Shown piece after piece: positions 1 through 8,695 of a DNA stretch of 64,000 nt (positions are counted from its first letter, which is position 1; each line of letters begins with the position of its first letter). The notes beneath the pieces were generated by a model, which ran no database searches, was not told the DNA's origin, and saw only the letters and a list, made by a program, of their open reading frames with translations. The position numbers and the translations under genes were made by a program. The DNA is from an uncultured Actinomycetes bacterium (GTDB lineage: Bacteria; Actinomycetota; Thermoleophilia; Gaiellales; Gaiellaceae), in contig CAVVDH010000001.1 of the NCBI GenBank assembly GCA_963746965.1, forward strand, positions 195,269-259,268, written 5' to 3'.

Positions 1-1
1 G

Positions 2-280
2 ATCGAGCTCGACGGCGTCAGCCGCGAGGCTCGCCGGGAGGGCGAGCCGATCCAGCTGACGGCGAAGGAGTTCGAGCTCCTCTGGTTCCTCGCCTCGCAC
101 CCACGCCACGTCTTCTCCCGCGACCAGCTCATGGCCCGCGTCTGGGGCTACGAGGCCGCCGTGGACACCGGCACGGTCACGGTCCACGTGCGGCGGCTGC
201 GGGAGAAGATCGAAGCCGACCCGAGCCGGCCCCGCCACGTCCACACGGTCTGGGGCGTCGGCTACAGGCTCGACCCATGA
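2..280 (+). CDS. OmpR/PhoB-family response regulator, C-terminal winged-helix part (5' end outside window)
   Basis: Open frame from the window edge: [71 protein letters not shown]...[10 protein letters not shown]. Its TGA overlaps the ATG of the downstream kinase (ATGA at 277-280). Confidence 0.85.
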   Translation: MELDGVSREARREGEPIQLTAKEFELLWFLASHPRHVFSRDQLMARVWGYEAAVDTGTVTVHVRRLREKIEADPSRPRHVHTVWGVGYRLDP

Positions 281-1350
281 TCCAGCTGGCCCTCGTCGTC
301 GCCGCCGGCAGCCTCGTCTCGGGGCTCGTGCTCGCCTTCCTCCTGCGGTGGGCGCCGACGGTCGGGCTGCAGCTCGGGGGGCTCGCCCTCATCGCGGTCT
401 GCGTGCCGCTCGCAGCGGTGCTCCTGTCGGGCTGGGTCATGTTCCACATGGGCGCGGACGTGAAGATCCTCGCCGTCGCCGCCGGCTCGGCGACCGCGGC
501 CGTCTTCGCCGCGCTCGTGCTCGCCCGCTCCATCACCGCCTCGCTGCGGCGCGTCGGCGTCGCCTCGCACGCGCTCGCGGCCGGTGAGCTCTCGGCACGG
601 GCACCGGTCGGCGGCGCCCGTGAGATCGCGGAGCTCGCCGACTCCTTCAACGCGATGGCTGCCGGGCTCGAGCAGCTCTTCGACGCCCGCCGCGAGCTCG
701 TCGCGTGGGCGAGCCACGACCTGCGCGCCCCGATCGCGTCGCTGCAGGCGATGCTCGAGGCGATCGAGGACGGGCTGGCGTCGACCGAGGACTACCTGCC
801 GACGCTGCGCGAGCAGGTGCGGACGCTGTCGATGCTCGTGGACGACCTGTTCGAGCTCGCGCGCATCGACGCCGGCGCGCTCACCCTCGAGCTGCGGCGG
901 ACGGCCGTCGCGCCGCTCGTCGCCTCCGCGCTGCGCTTGCTGCGGCCGGAGGCCGAGGCGCGCGGCGTCGCGTTGAGCGCCGAGGTCGACGAGGAGGTCG
1001 AGGCGCAGCTGGCGCCGGACAAGTTCGAGCGCGTTCTCTTCAACCTCGTGACGAACGCGCTGCGCTACACCCCGTCCGACGGCTCGGTCGCCGTGCGGGT
1101 CGAGCGGCGCGCATCCGACCTCCTCCTGCGCGTCGAGGACAGCGGCGAGGGGCTCCCCGAGGAGGCTCCGGCGCGGATGTTCGACCGTTTCTGGCGGGCG
1201 GACCGGGCCCGGAGCGGCAGCGGCGCCGGCCTCGGGCTGGCGATCGCCCGCGGTCTCGTGGAGGCGCATGGGGGCCGGATCTGGGCGGAGAACCGCCCGC
1301 AGGGCGGCGCGTGCGTCTCGTTCACGCTGCCGGTCGGCCCGGCGGGCTGA
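277..1350 (+). CDS. Sensor histidine kinase (2 TM, HAMP-like linker, HisKA, HATPase_c)
   Basis: 357 aa. Two N-terminal hydrophobic helices; H-box [13 protein letters not shown]; N box [13 protein letters not shown]; G boxes DSGEGLP and [20 protein letters not shown]. Confidence 0.9.
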   Translation: MIQLALVVAAGSLVSGLVLAFLLRWAPTVGLQLGGLALIAVCVPLAAVLLSGWVMFHMGADVKILAVAAGSATAAVFAALVLARSITASLRRVGVASHALAAGELSARAPVGGAREIAELADSFNAMAAGLEQLFDARRELVAWASHDLRAPIASLQAMLEAIEDGLASTEDYLPTLREQVRTLSMLVDDLFELARIDAGALTLELRRTAVAPLVASALRLLRPEAEARGVALSAEVDEEVEAQLAPDKFERVLFNLVTNALRYTPSDGSVAVRVERRASDLLLRVEDSGEGLPEEAPARMFDRFWRADRARSGSGAGLGLAIARGLVEAHGGRIWAENRPQGGACVSFTLPVGPAG

Positions 1351-1371
1351 CCGGCAGGGAAACGGAACTCT

Positions 1372-1401
1372 GCCGCCGGGAGAGCGTGGTCTCCCGGCGG
1401 C
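1372..1401 (+). terminator. Putative intrinsic terminator hairpin downstream of the kinase
   Basis: Perfect 12-bp inverted repeat GCCGCCGGGAGA/TCTCCCGGCGGC with a 6-nt loop, 22 nt after the stop at 1350. No clear U-tract. Confidence 0.45.
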
Positions 1402-1614
1402 TCCGTGCCGCTCTTGCTTGCGATGCTCCGGATGGGATGGCTGCCTCGTGCGCTCGCGCGCCGTGGCGCGAGCGCAGTGCGGCCTCCGGCTAAGTCCCCG
1501 CTGCGCGGATCTGCTTGGCCTCCGGCCTGGAGCCTGATCGGGGCGTAGACGTTTCGAGCGCGCGCTCTCCCCGGCCCGCCGTCCCACAGCGAGCGAGTGC
1601 GCAGCGCTCGCGAG

Positions 1615-2265
1615 CTACGTACTGAGGAGCTCGACCACCTCTGCGCGGCTCGTCACGCCGAGCTTGCGCTCGACCGAGCCGAGGTGGCGGCGCACCGTCA
1701 CGGGCGCGACACCGAGCTCGCGGGCGATCTCCGTCGTCGTCTCCGACCTGAGCAGGAGCTCGACGACCTCCCACTCCCGCGCCGTGAGCATCACGCGGGC
1801 TCCCCCCGCGAGAACCACCGACCGCCTGCGGTCGCGCGTCTTCAGCTCCTCGAGCAGGCGCGACACGAACCTGCGGGGCACTGCCGCCTCCCCTCGTAGC
1901 GCGCCGCGGACGACATGCGGCAGGCGCGTCGGATCGAGGTTCTCCGACAGGTAGCCGCTCGCGCCGGCCCGGACCGCCGCCATGAACTCCTCCTCGTCGA
2001 GCTTGCTCGTCAGGAGCACGACCGTCGCCGACGGAACCCGCGCGGCGATCTCGCTCGCGACGCGGAGCCCCTGGCTCGAGGCGTCGAGCCCGAGGAGGCA
2101 GACGTCGGGACGCTCGCGCACGGCCATGGCCACCGCCGAGTCGGCGTCGGCAGCCTCGGTGCAACGCGCCTCCCGTTCGAGCGCCAGCCGCAAGCCCACC
2201 CGAGTCGGCAGGCGCTCGGCGGCGATGAGCACGTGTGCGCGCCGCTCCGGGACCGTGGTGCTCAC
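1615..2265 (-). CDS. LuxR/NarL-family response regulator with atypical receiver domain
   Basis: 216 aa. Receiver-like N-terminus (VLIAAERLP.., DVCLLGLDA, VVLLTSKLD) plus LuxR HTH LTAREWEVVELLLRSETTTEIARELGVAPVTVRRHLGSVERKLGV. Confidence 0.85.
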   Translation of the reverse strand: MSTTVPERRAHVLIAAERLPTRVGLRLALEREARCTEAADADSAVAMAVRERPDVCLLGLDASSQGLRVASEIAARVPSATVVLLTSKLDEEEFMAAVRAGASGYLSENLDPTRLPHVVRGALRGEAAVPRRFVSRLLEELKTRDRRRSVVLAGGARVMLTAREWEVVELLLRSETTTEIARELGVAPVTVRRHLGSVERKLGVTSRAEVVELLST

Positions 2266-2300
2266 GGCCTCGCCTGCTCGGGAACGACTGGTCCTCCGAC

Positions 2301-2306
2301 TACGAT
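2301..2306 (+). promoter_or_regulatory. -10-like hexamer TACGAT, 6 nt upstream of ATG 2313 (leaderless-type arrangement)
   Basis: ctACGATtgggacATG reads as TACGAT-N6-ATG. There is no Shine-Dalgarno between the hexamer and the start. Confidence 0.4.
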
Positions 2307-2312
2307 TGGGAC

Positions 2313-2939
2313 ATGCGAGTTCTGATCGCCGACGACCACCGGTTGATCGTCGAAGGAGTGAAGCGTGCGCTCGAGGAGGCGCCCGACTTCGAGGTGGTCG
2401 GCGAGTGCAACTCCGGCTCGCAGGTGCTGCCGATGGTCGGGCGCACGAATCCCGACATCGTCCTGCTCGACCTGCGCATGCCGGGAGCCGACGGGCTCGC
2501 CTGCCTGAGCCGGATCCGCAAGCAGCATCCGGACGTGAAGGTCGTCGTCCTCTCCGTCACCACCGACGAGAACGTGATCCAGACCGTGCTCAAGCGCGGT
2601 GCGAGCGCGTTCATCGTCAAGAGCATCAACCCGATCGACCTGCCCTCCGCCCTCCGGCAAGCGGTCGACGGGACCGTCTACAGCGCGATCGGCCTGCCGG
2701 ATCCCGGCGAGAGCGCCGCGCGGGCCGCCGGGCTCACGGAGCGCGAGACGGCCATCCTCGCCGCCCTGGCGCGCGGGCTCTCGAACGAGGCGATCGGCAA
2801 GGAGCTCTGGGTCGCGGAACAGACCGTCAAGTTCCACCTCACGAACATCTACCGGAAGCTCGGGGTCTCGAACCGCACCGAAGCCGCCCGCCTCGCGTAC
2901 CAGAACGGGCTCGTCGAGAGCCCGATCGACGACCGCTGA
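2313..2939 (+). CDS. NarL/FixJ-family response regulator
   Basis: 208 aa from ATG 2313: MRVLIADDHRLIVEG, DIVLLDLRMPG, VVVLSVTTDE, GASAFIVKS, and LuxR HTH LTERETAILAALARGLSNEAIGKELWVAEQTVKFHLTNIYRKLGV. The longer track ORF (2235) only adds non-homologous residues. Confidence 0.9.
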   Translation: MRVLIADDHRLIVEGVKRALEEAPDFEVVGECNSGSQVLPMVGRTNPDIVLLDLRMPGADGLACLSRIRKQHPDVKVVVLSVTTDENVIQTVLKRGASAFIVKSINPIDLPSALRQAVDGTVYSAIGLPDPGESAARAAGLTERETAILAALARGLSNEAIGKELWVAEQTVKFHLTNIYRKLGVSNRTEAARLAYQNGLVESPIDDR

Positions 2940-2965
2940 CGCGCCGCCGTCCTCCTTGGTAATCG

Positions 2966-2992
2966 CGGAGGGGGAGTCTGTCGCCCCCTCCG
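2966..2992. terminator. Hairpin between convergent genes (possible bidirectional terminator)
   Basis: CGGAGGGGG / CCCCCTCCG forms a 9-bp stem with a 9-nt loop, between the stop at 2939 (+) and the stop at 2999 (-). Confidence 0.4.
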
Positions 2993-2998
2993 GCGCGG

Positions 2999-4423
2999 TC
3001 ACGTCGTCGCGGCGTAGACGGTCGCCGCCGCAGGTGTGGAGGGACGCCACTGAGGCAGCGTCGCGCGGACGGTCGTCCCTGCGCCTGGGCTCGTCTCGAT
3101 CTCGACGGCACCGCCGAGCAGCCGCACCCGCTCCGAGATGCCCGCGAGGCCGAGGCGGTCATGGCCGATCCGGCCCAGATCGAAGCCGCAGCCGTCGTCG
3201 GTCACCGCGAGGTCGACGAACGTCCGGCTGCTCTGCAGCTTGACGGAGACGCTCGCGGCGCCGCTGTACTTGCGCACGTTCGAAAGCGCCTCCTGCACGA
3301 CCCGGAAGAGCGCGATCTTCTGCGAGTCGCTGAGGGTGCTCACGTCGCCCTGCACGTCCAAGCGCACCTCGATGCCGGTGCCGTTCTCGAGCACGCGGAG
3401 CTCGGACTCGATTGCGTCCTCGACGGGACGGGCGACCGCCGTCGTCGAGCGGACGGAGTGCGCGATCTCGCGCAGGCCCTCGTCGAGCGCCCCGAGACGG
3501 GCGTGCACGTCGTTGAAGCGACCGAGCACGCGCTGCTTGAACTCGTCGGGAACGACCGCCGAGATCTGCGACGACGCGTCGCGCAGCTCCTCGGCCAGCG
3601 CGACGACCTCCTGCAGCGGCCCGTCGTGGAGGTCGTACCCGAGACGGACGAGCCGGCGCTCTCCGGCCGCGACGAGGTCGTGCTCGCGCTGCACCCTCCG
3701 ATCGAAGAGCGATGAGCGCTCGAGCAGCGGCGCGAGGGCGGTCGCCGCCTCCGCGAGATAGTCGTCCAGATGCTCCGACTCCGCGCCCCGGCCTCGGGCC
3801 ACGAGCGCGGCGTACGGCCTGTCCCAGCGCTCGACGACCCGGACGTGCACCTGGGCCGAGCCGGCGATCACGCCGTCGAGGGCAGCCCGCGCAACCTCCC
3901 GCAGACGGCGGCTGCACGGTGCGTTGCCGTGGGCGACGAGACACGTCGTCGACCCGGCGGCATCGAGGAACCAGAGCGAGGCGGCCGCGGCCGGCACGAG
4001 CTCGACCAGCAGCGTGAGCGCGAGCTCGGCGCCGACCGTGGGCGGAAGCTGGGCGAACTCCTTGCTCGCGAGGCCGCGCCGGAACACCGCGAAGGCCGCC
4101 GCTTCGGGCGCCAGGCCGAGCTCGTCGGCCACAGCCCTCACCGCGGCGCGCGCCTCACCGGGCTCGAGCCGGTGCTCGACCGCCACCGCGACGATCGCGT
4201 CGCCGAGGAAGTCGAGGGCGGCGCCGTGCGCCCAGCCGCCGGCCAGGCGCCGCGCCCGCACCTCGCAGGCACGGAGCGCGGCACGCAGGTCGCGTGGAAG
4301 GAGTGCTGTGCTCGTGGCCCTCGGCTTTCCTGCGCCGATCGCCGCCGCACGGGCGATCAGCTCGGACGCCAGCGTCGCGCCTACCGGCGTGACGCTCACG
4401 GCCACGGAGTCCACTCTGTCCAC
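2999..4423 (-). CDS. Sensor histidine kinase, soluble GAF-like N-terminus + HisKA_3 + HATPase_c (NarL-type partner)
   Basis: 474 aa. H-box LGYDLHDGPLQEV; N box VVQEALSNVRKYSGA; VTDDGCGFD; GLAGISERVRLLGGAVEIETSPGAGTTV. No TM segment seen. Confidence 0.85.
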   Translation of the reverse strand: MDRVDSVAVSVTPVGATLASELIARAAAIGAGKPRATSTALLPRDLRAALRACEVRARRLAGGWAHGAALDFLGDAIVAVAVEHRLEPGEARAAVRAVADELGLAPEAAAFAVFRRGLASKEFAQLPPTVGAELALTLLVELVPAAAASLWFLDAAGSTTCLVAHGNAPCSRRLREVARAALDGVIAGSAQVHVRVVERWDRPYAALVARGRGAESEHLDDYLAEAATALAPLLERSSLFDRRVQREHDLVAAGERRLVRLGYDLHDGPLQEVVALAEELRDASSQISAVVPDEFKQRVLGRFNDVHARLGALDEGLREIAHSVRSTTAVARPVEDAIESELRVLENGTGIEVRLDVQGDVSTLSDSQKIALFRVVQEALSNVRKYSGAASVSVKLQSSRTFVDLAVTDDGCGFDLGRIGHDRLGLAGISERVRLLGGAVEIETSPGAGTTVRATLPQWRPSTPAAATVYAATT

Positions 4424-4429
4424 AGTCGC

Positions 4430-4435
4430 ATTCTG
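4430..4435 (-). promoter_or_regulatory. -10-like hexamer CAGAAT, 6 nt upstream of GTG 4423
   Basis: The minus strand reads gaacgCAGAATgcgactGTG. No SD. Confidence 0.35.
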
Positions 4436-4680
4436 CGTTCAATGCCCGTGTCGAACAATGGGGCGGACGGCCCAGTGGGCGATCATGCTCCTGAACGCCC
4501 TCTGGAGGACGTTCGGCTTCGTTGCGCGGTTGCCCGCACGATGCAAGCGCTGGCAGTTCGCAGCGCTCAACGAAGCCGATCGCGGGCTTTTGAACGCCGT
4601 CGAGCAGGATTCTTCACCTGTCGCCTCGGCGCCCGCCTCGTGGGCGCCGGAAACCGGTCTGCGCAATGAACGCGCCGGGC

Positions 4681-4699
4681 CCGTTCAGGAATTGAACGG
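4681..4699 (-). terminator. Short hairpin immediately after the DUF192 stop
   Basis: CCGTTCA-ggaat-TGAACGG (7-bp stem) abuts the stop codon at 4700-4702. No U-tract, so support is weak. Confidence 0.3.
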
Positions 4700-5080
4700 C
4701 TACGACCTCCTTCCGCTCGGTTCGAGGCCCTCGAGGACGAGCACGTCGCCCTCCCCGACCCCGGCCGCCGCCGCCGCTCCGGCGGGCAGCTCGAGCGCCG
4801 CCACGGCGCGCCGCGCCCCTGCGACGCGCCACGGGCGGAGCCCGTGCCGGACGCCCACCACCGTACGGTCGCGATCGAGGAAGACGACGTCGATCGGGAA
4901 GCGCATGAAGAACATGTGCACGGAGGGAGCCGCGTCGATCAGCATTCCGGTGCCCGGGTCGAGGCCGCTGCGGCCGAGGAGGCCGCGCATCCGCGCGAAG
5001 GAGCTCTTCGGTACCTCACACCGCTCGCAGAGGATCGCCCCCTCGGCAGTGCGAACTCTCGCCAATGCGGCAGCCGCCAT
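4700..5080 (-). CDS. DUF192-family protein
   Basis: 126 aa. MFFMRFPIDVVFLDRDRTVVGV...RPWR...AVAALELPAG fits the DUF192 (COG1430) pattern. Confidence 0.75.
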   Translation of the reverse strand: MAAAALARVRTAEGAILCERCEVPKSSFARMRGLLGRSGLDPGTGMLIDAAPSVHMFFMRFPIDVVFLDRDRTVVGVRHGLRPWRVAGARRAVAALELPAGAAAAAGVGEGDVLVLEGLEPSGRRS

Positions 5081-5160
5081 CGCCTCTCAGGGTGACGGAC
5101 GGGCCGAGCGGCGCGCGCTCGCCGAACGGCTAAGCGGCTCCGACCGTCCGAATGGAATCG

Positions 5161-6183
5161 TCAGGACCCGCTCCCAGGGAAGCGCACCCCGGCCGGACCG
5201 ACGGCGCCCGACTCCTCGGCGGCCGCCGCCAGCCGGCGCGACGCCGTTCCCGGCGCGAGCGCCGCGAAGAGAGCCCGTGCCCGCATCCGCGCCGGCAGCG
5301 ACGCCGTCCGCGCGACACGAAGGGCGAGCCGCCGTGCGTGCGGCGAACGGTCCCGCAGCGCTGCCGTCGTCCTCGCGAGAAGCGCGTTGCGCCGTTCTCG
5401 CGCCAGGGCGGCGTGCACGCGACTGCGCTCCGCCGGACTGAGCCCTTCGTGTCCCGCGGCTCGCTCGAGCACCCTGCACCGTCCCTCGAGCAGCGCGGCC
5501 CGGTCGGCGGACAGGCTGTGTGGATGGAGGCGGTACCGGGCGAGCGGGAGGTCGACCAGGCCGGCGCGGGCCCCCTCGAGCAGCATCCGGCACCAGAGAT
5601 CCCAGTCGGTGGCGTGGCTGAGGGAGGTGTCGAAGCCGCCGCTCGCGAGGAAGGCCGTGCGGCGGACCGCGGCGTGCCCGAAGATGAAGTTCCGCTCGAG
5701 GATCGCCCCTCGCTGATCGTCGACCTCGAAGGTCCAGTCGCCCTCGTAGCAGCGTCGGGCCACCACTCCGTCCACCTCGAGGAACGCGTCGGTCGTCAGG
5801 ATGTCGAGATCGGGCCTCGCCGCCGCCAGCTCGCCGAGCGCCTCGATCCGCTCGGGAAGATAGGTGTCGTCGGCGTCGAGGAAGACGATGAAGTCTCCGC
5901 TCGCCTGCCGCGCACCCGTGTTCTTCGCGGCGCCCTCTCCCGCGTTCTGCTGCCGGATCAGCGAGACGTGCGCCCGGAACGGAGCGAGCGCCGCGTCCAG
6001 ATCGTCGCGGGAGCCGTCGTCGCAGATCACGACCTCGCTCGGCCCGACGGTCTGCGAGAGCACGGATTCGACCGCCTCGCCGATCGTGTCGGCGGCGTCG
6101 TAGGCTGCTATAACGACGGCGAATGACGGTTGCGGGCCAGTGCTGACGCTCCCGGGGGCCGGTGGGGCAAGGATCGGTCTCAC
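5161..6183 (-). CDS. Family-2 glycosyltransferase with C-terminal helical extension
   Basis: 340 aa. FAVVIAAYDAADTIGEAVESVLSQT, VVICDDGSRDD, FLDADDTY (DxD), then a ~100-aa Arg/Ala-rich C-terminus. Confidence 0.85.
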   Translation of the reverse strand: MRPILAPPAPGSVSTGPQPSFAVVIAAYDAADTIGEAVESVLSQTVGPSEVVICDDGSRDDLDAALAPFRAHVSLIRQQNAGEGAAKNTGARQASGDFIVFLDADDTYLPERIEALGELAAARPDLDILTTDAFLEVDGVVARRCYEGDWTFEVDDQRGAILERNFIFGHAAVRRTAFLASGGFDTSLSHATDWDLWCRMLLEGARAGLVDLPLARYRLHPHSLSADRAALLEGRCRVLERAAGHEGLSPAERSRVHAALARERRNALLARTTAALRDRSPHARRLALRVARTASLPARMRARALFAALAPGTASRRLAAAAEESGAVGPAGVRFPGSGS

Positions 6184-6190
6184 GAGTCGG

Positions 6191-6196
6191 ATTCTG
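6191..6196 (-). promoter_or_regulatory. -10-like hexamer CAGAAT, 7 nt upstream of GTG 6183
   Basis: The minus strand reads cgggCAGAATccgactcGTG. No SD. Confidence 0.35.
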
Positions 6197-6319
6197 CCCG
6201 CGTAAGGGGTTTGCGGACACGAGGATCAATACGGGCCGCCGCTTCATGAAACCAGGGTCTCGCGCCGATACTCTCGGGGTGACCACGCCGCCCGGCCCCG
6301 ACGAGGTCGCGAGACCGGC

Positions 6320-7291
6320 ATGAATTCCGGCTCGACACCTCGGTTCTCCGTCGTAGTTCCCGCCTTCGACGCGGCGCGGACGATCGTCGGTGCGGTCCGC
6401 TCGGCGCAGCTCCAGACCGTCGATTCGCTCGAGATCCTCGTCGTCGACGACGGCTCAGCCGACGAGACCTCGGAGCTCGTCGAGGCCCTCGAGCGCGAGG
6501 ACGATCGGGTACGCCTGTTCCGGCAGACCCGAAGCGGCCCCTCGTCGGCGCGGAATCACGCGCTCCGCCACGCGCGCGGAGAGCTCGTGACGTTCCTCGA
6601 CGCGGACGACCTGCTCCTGCCCGAGTACCTCGATCGGATGGGCTCGGCACTCGACGCGGCACCGCAGGCGGGATTCGCCTTCACCGACGCCTGGGTGCTC
6701 GACGACGCGACCGGGCGCGTGCAGCGAACGAGCGCCATGTCGCACCGAAAGCCGAGCTCCCCGCCCGAGGATCCGGTCGAGCTCCTGCACCTTCTCCTGC
6801 GGCGGAACTTCGTCTTCGTGGCGGCGACCGCCCGGCGGCGGGCGCTCGAGGCGGTCGGAGGCTGGCAGGAGTCGCTGACGGCCGCGGAGGACTACGAGCT
6901 GTGGCTCCGGCTCGTCGCGTCGGGATACCGGGCCGTTCGCGTCGACGGGCGCCTCGCCGTCTACCGGCGCGGCCACGACTCGAATTCGGCGGACATCCAC
7001 CGGCTGCTGATGTCGGCGCAGAGGGTCTATCGCGAGGTCGCCGAGAGCTGGGACGTCGACGACCGCTCCTCTGCGATCGCGTCCCGCCGGGTCACGCAGG
7101 TCGAGCGCTGGATCAAGCGCTACGACCGCGGACGCGACCTGCCCTCCGTGAGAATGGCCGTCTCCCGCGTCCGCGCCAGTCTGCGCGAGCCGCGGCGGTG
7201 GCTCGACGAACCACCCGCGGCGGTGCAATCGCTGCTCGCCCGCACCGCCCAGCCCGCTCGGCTCGGCGACGCGCGCGAATCGGTCGTCTAG
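6320..7291 (+). CDS. Family-2 glycosyltransferase
   Basis: 323 aa. FSVVVPAFDAARTIVGAVRSAQLQT, ILVVDDGSADET, FLDADDLL. Confidence 0.85.
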   Translation: MNSGSTPRFSVVVPAFDAARTIVGAVRSAQLQTVDSLEILVVDDGSADETSELVEALEREDDRVRLFRQTRSGPSSARNHALRHARGELVTFLDADDLLLPEYLDRMGSALDAAPQAGFAFTDAWVLDDATGRVQRTSAMSHRKPSSPPEDPVELLHLLLRRNFVFVAATARRRALEAVGGWQESLTAAEDYELWLRLVASGYRAVRVDGRLAVYRRGHDSNSADIHRLLMSAQRVYREVAESWDVDDRSSAIASRRVTQVERWIKRYDRGRDLPSVRMAVSRVRASLREPRRWLDEPPAAVQSLLARTAQPARLGDARESVV

Positions 7292-8693
7292 GTCTCGAGC
7301 CAGCGGCTCCAGCCGCTCCCGAGCGCCGGGTCGGCGAGCCACGCCTGCGCGTAGCTCGCCGCGGCGGGGGTCATCGTCTCGCCGCCCCGGGCGTGGCGAT
7401 CGACCGCCGCACCCCGGGCTCGGTGCGAGAGACCGTGATGGAGCCAGCAGAGCGTCGCGAGCTTCCCGACCGACTCCGGCGGAATCGAGAGGCGCTCGAC
7501 CGCGGCTCGCGTCCACCGGAACAACACCTCCGACTCCGGCGCCTCGCCCCGGAAGAGGCGGCGCGAACTCCCTGCCCTCGCCGTGCGGCTCGAGCGCATG
7601 GGCGAGGAAGTACCAGAGATCCCAGAGCGGCAGCCCCGACGGGTTCGCGCTCTCCCAGTCGACCGCCGTGAAGTCCGAGCCGCCCGGGCTGACGAGGTTC
7701 CACGGGCCGAGGTCGTTGTGCTGGAGGACTGCCGGTAGGCCGGCGAGGCCGTCGAGCAGGCCGGCCGGAACGTCCGGCCACCCCGGCAGGACGTCGTTCC
7801 GTAGGCGCTCGAGCTCGCCCGACACTCCGTCACGACGGGTCTCGGCGCCGATCCGGACGATCCACTCGGCGACGGCATCGACGATCCTCCGCTTCGCCGC
7901 ACGGGAGCCGGCCGAGCGCAGGACGGCCGACAGCCGGCGGCCCACCGCGGCGGTCTCGATCGACGCGGCCAGCCCGCTCACCTCGAACCGGCCCTCGAAG
8001 CGGGGAGCGTGGGCGGCGGCTGCGCCTCCCGCCGCCGCGACGGCCGCCAGGGCCCGCTCGTCGCGATCGATCGGGTCCGAGTAGCCCGGGACGCGGACGA
8101 ACTTGACGATCCAGCGAGGCTGCGACTCCGCAGTGCGGGAAGACGACGAAGGCCGCCCGGCCGAGATCGTCCGACTGGCCGCAGATGAGGAACCAGTCGA
8201 CGGGCGACTCCACGCCGAGCTCGCGCAGCGCCGCCGCGACCACGTAGGGCGGGCGAGCGTCGCGCGTCGCGACGGTCAGCTCCGGCCAGCCCGCGAGCTG
8301 CAGGGCCAGTCGGGGGACGCGGCGGACGAGCCGGCTGCGGAGCTCCCGCGCCGTCGTCTGCGGCGCCGACCAGGCCTCGAGTGCGTAGGAGACGACGTTG
8401 CGGAGGTCACGCGGGACGAGCAGCGCGGGCCGATCCCGGCTTCCGAACACGACGTAGCGCTGCAACCTGTAGCCCTCGAGGCGGCGGAGAGCTCCCTCGA
8501 CGACGACGGCACGGGCGCCCTGCGCCTCCCCGGCAGGGAGCCCCGGCCCCGCAAGTAGGACGTCGGGCGCTTCGGAGGCGGTGATCTCGACGCCGGCGCG
8601 CTCGAGGGAGGCTCGCCACGCTTCGGTGCCCGGCCCCACGGCCGCCGTACGCGGCGGGTCCGGGAGCAGGAACGCTGCGTCCGCGAAGGCCAT
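7288..8693 (-). pseudogene. APH/choline-kinase-fold phosphotransferase, reading frame broken twice
   Basis: One protein is spread over three minus-strand frames. Frame 1: ATG 8693 MAFADAAFLLPDPP...AAFVVFPHCGVA. After a shift near 8130: SQPRWIVKFVRVPGYSDPIDRDE...VLQHNDLGPWNLV..FTAVDWESANPSGLPLWDLWYFLAHALEPHGEGRE. After a shift near 7565: RRLFRGEAPESEVLFRW...SRWLET, stop at 7288. HNDLGPWN and DWE match the kinase catalytic loop and metal-binding motif. Length 1406 nt is not a multiple of 3. Confidence 0.7.
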
Positions 8694-8695
8694 GC

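Noticed and set aside
262-1587. 441-aa ORF on the minus strand covering the whole histidine kinase
   Set aside because: Its composition is Arg/Pro/Gly/Ala-rich with no recognisable motif. It is antisense to a motif-rich kinase, as expected for a shadow ORF in ~72% GC DNA. The same reasoning applies to 177-650, 1490-2164, 2262-3050 and 3159-3944.
4439-4666. 75-aa minus-strand ORF in the spacer between the GAF kinase and the DUF192 gene
   Set aside because: Its composition is not protein-like, and there are no start-site signals. The region more likely carries the kinase promoter (CAGAAT box at 4430-4435) and the DUF192 3' hairpins.
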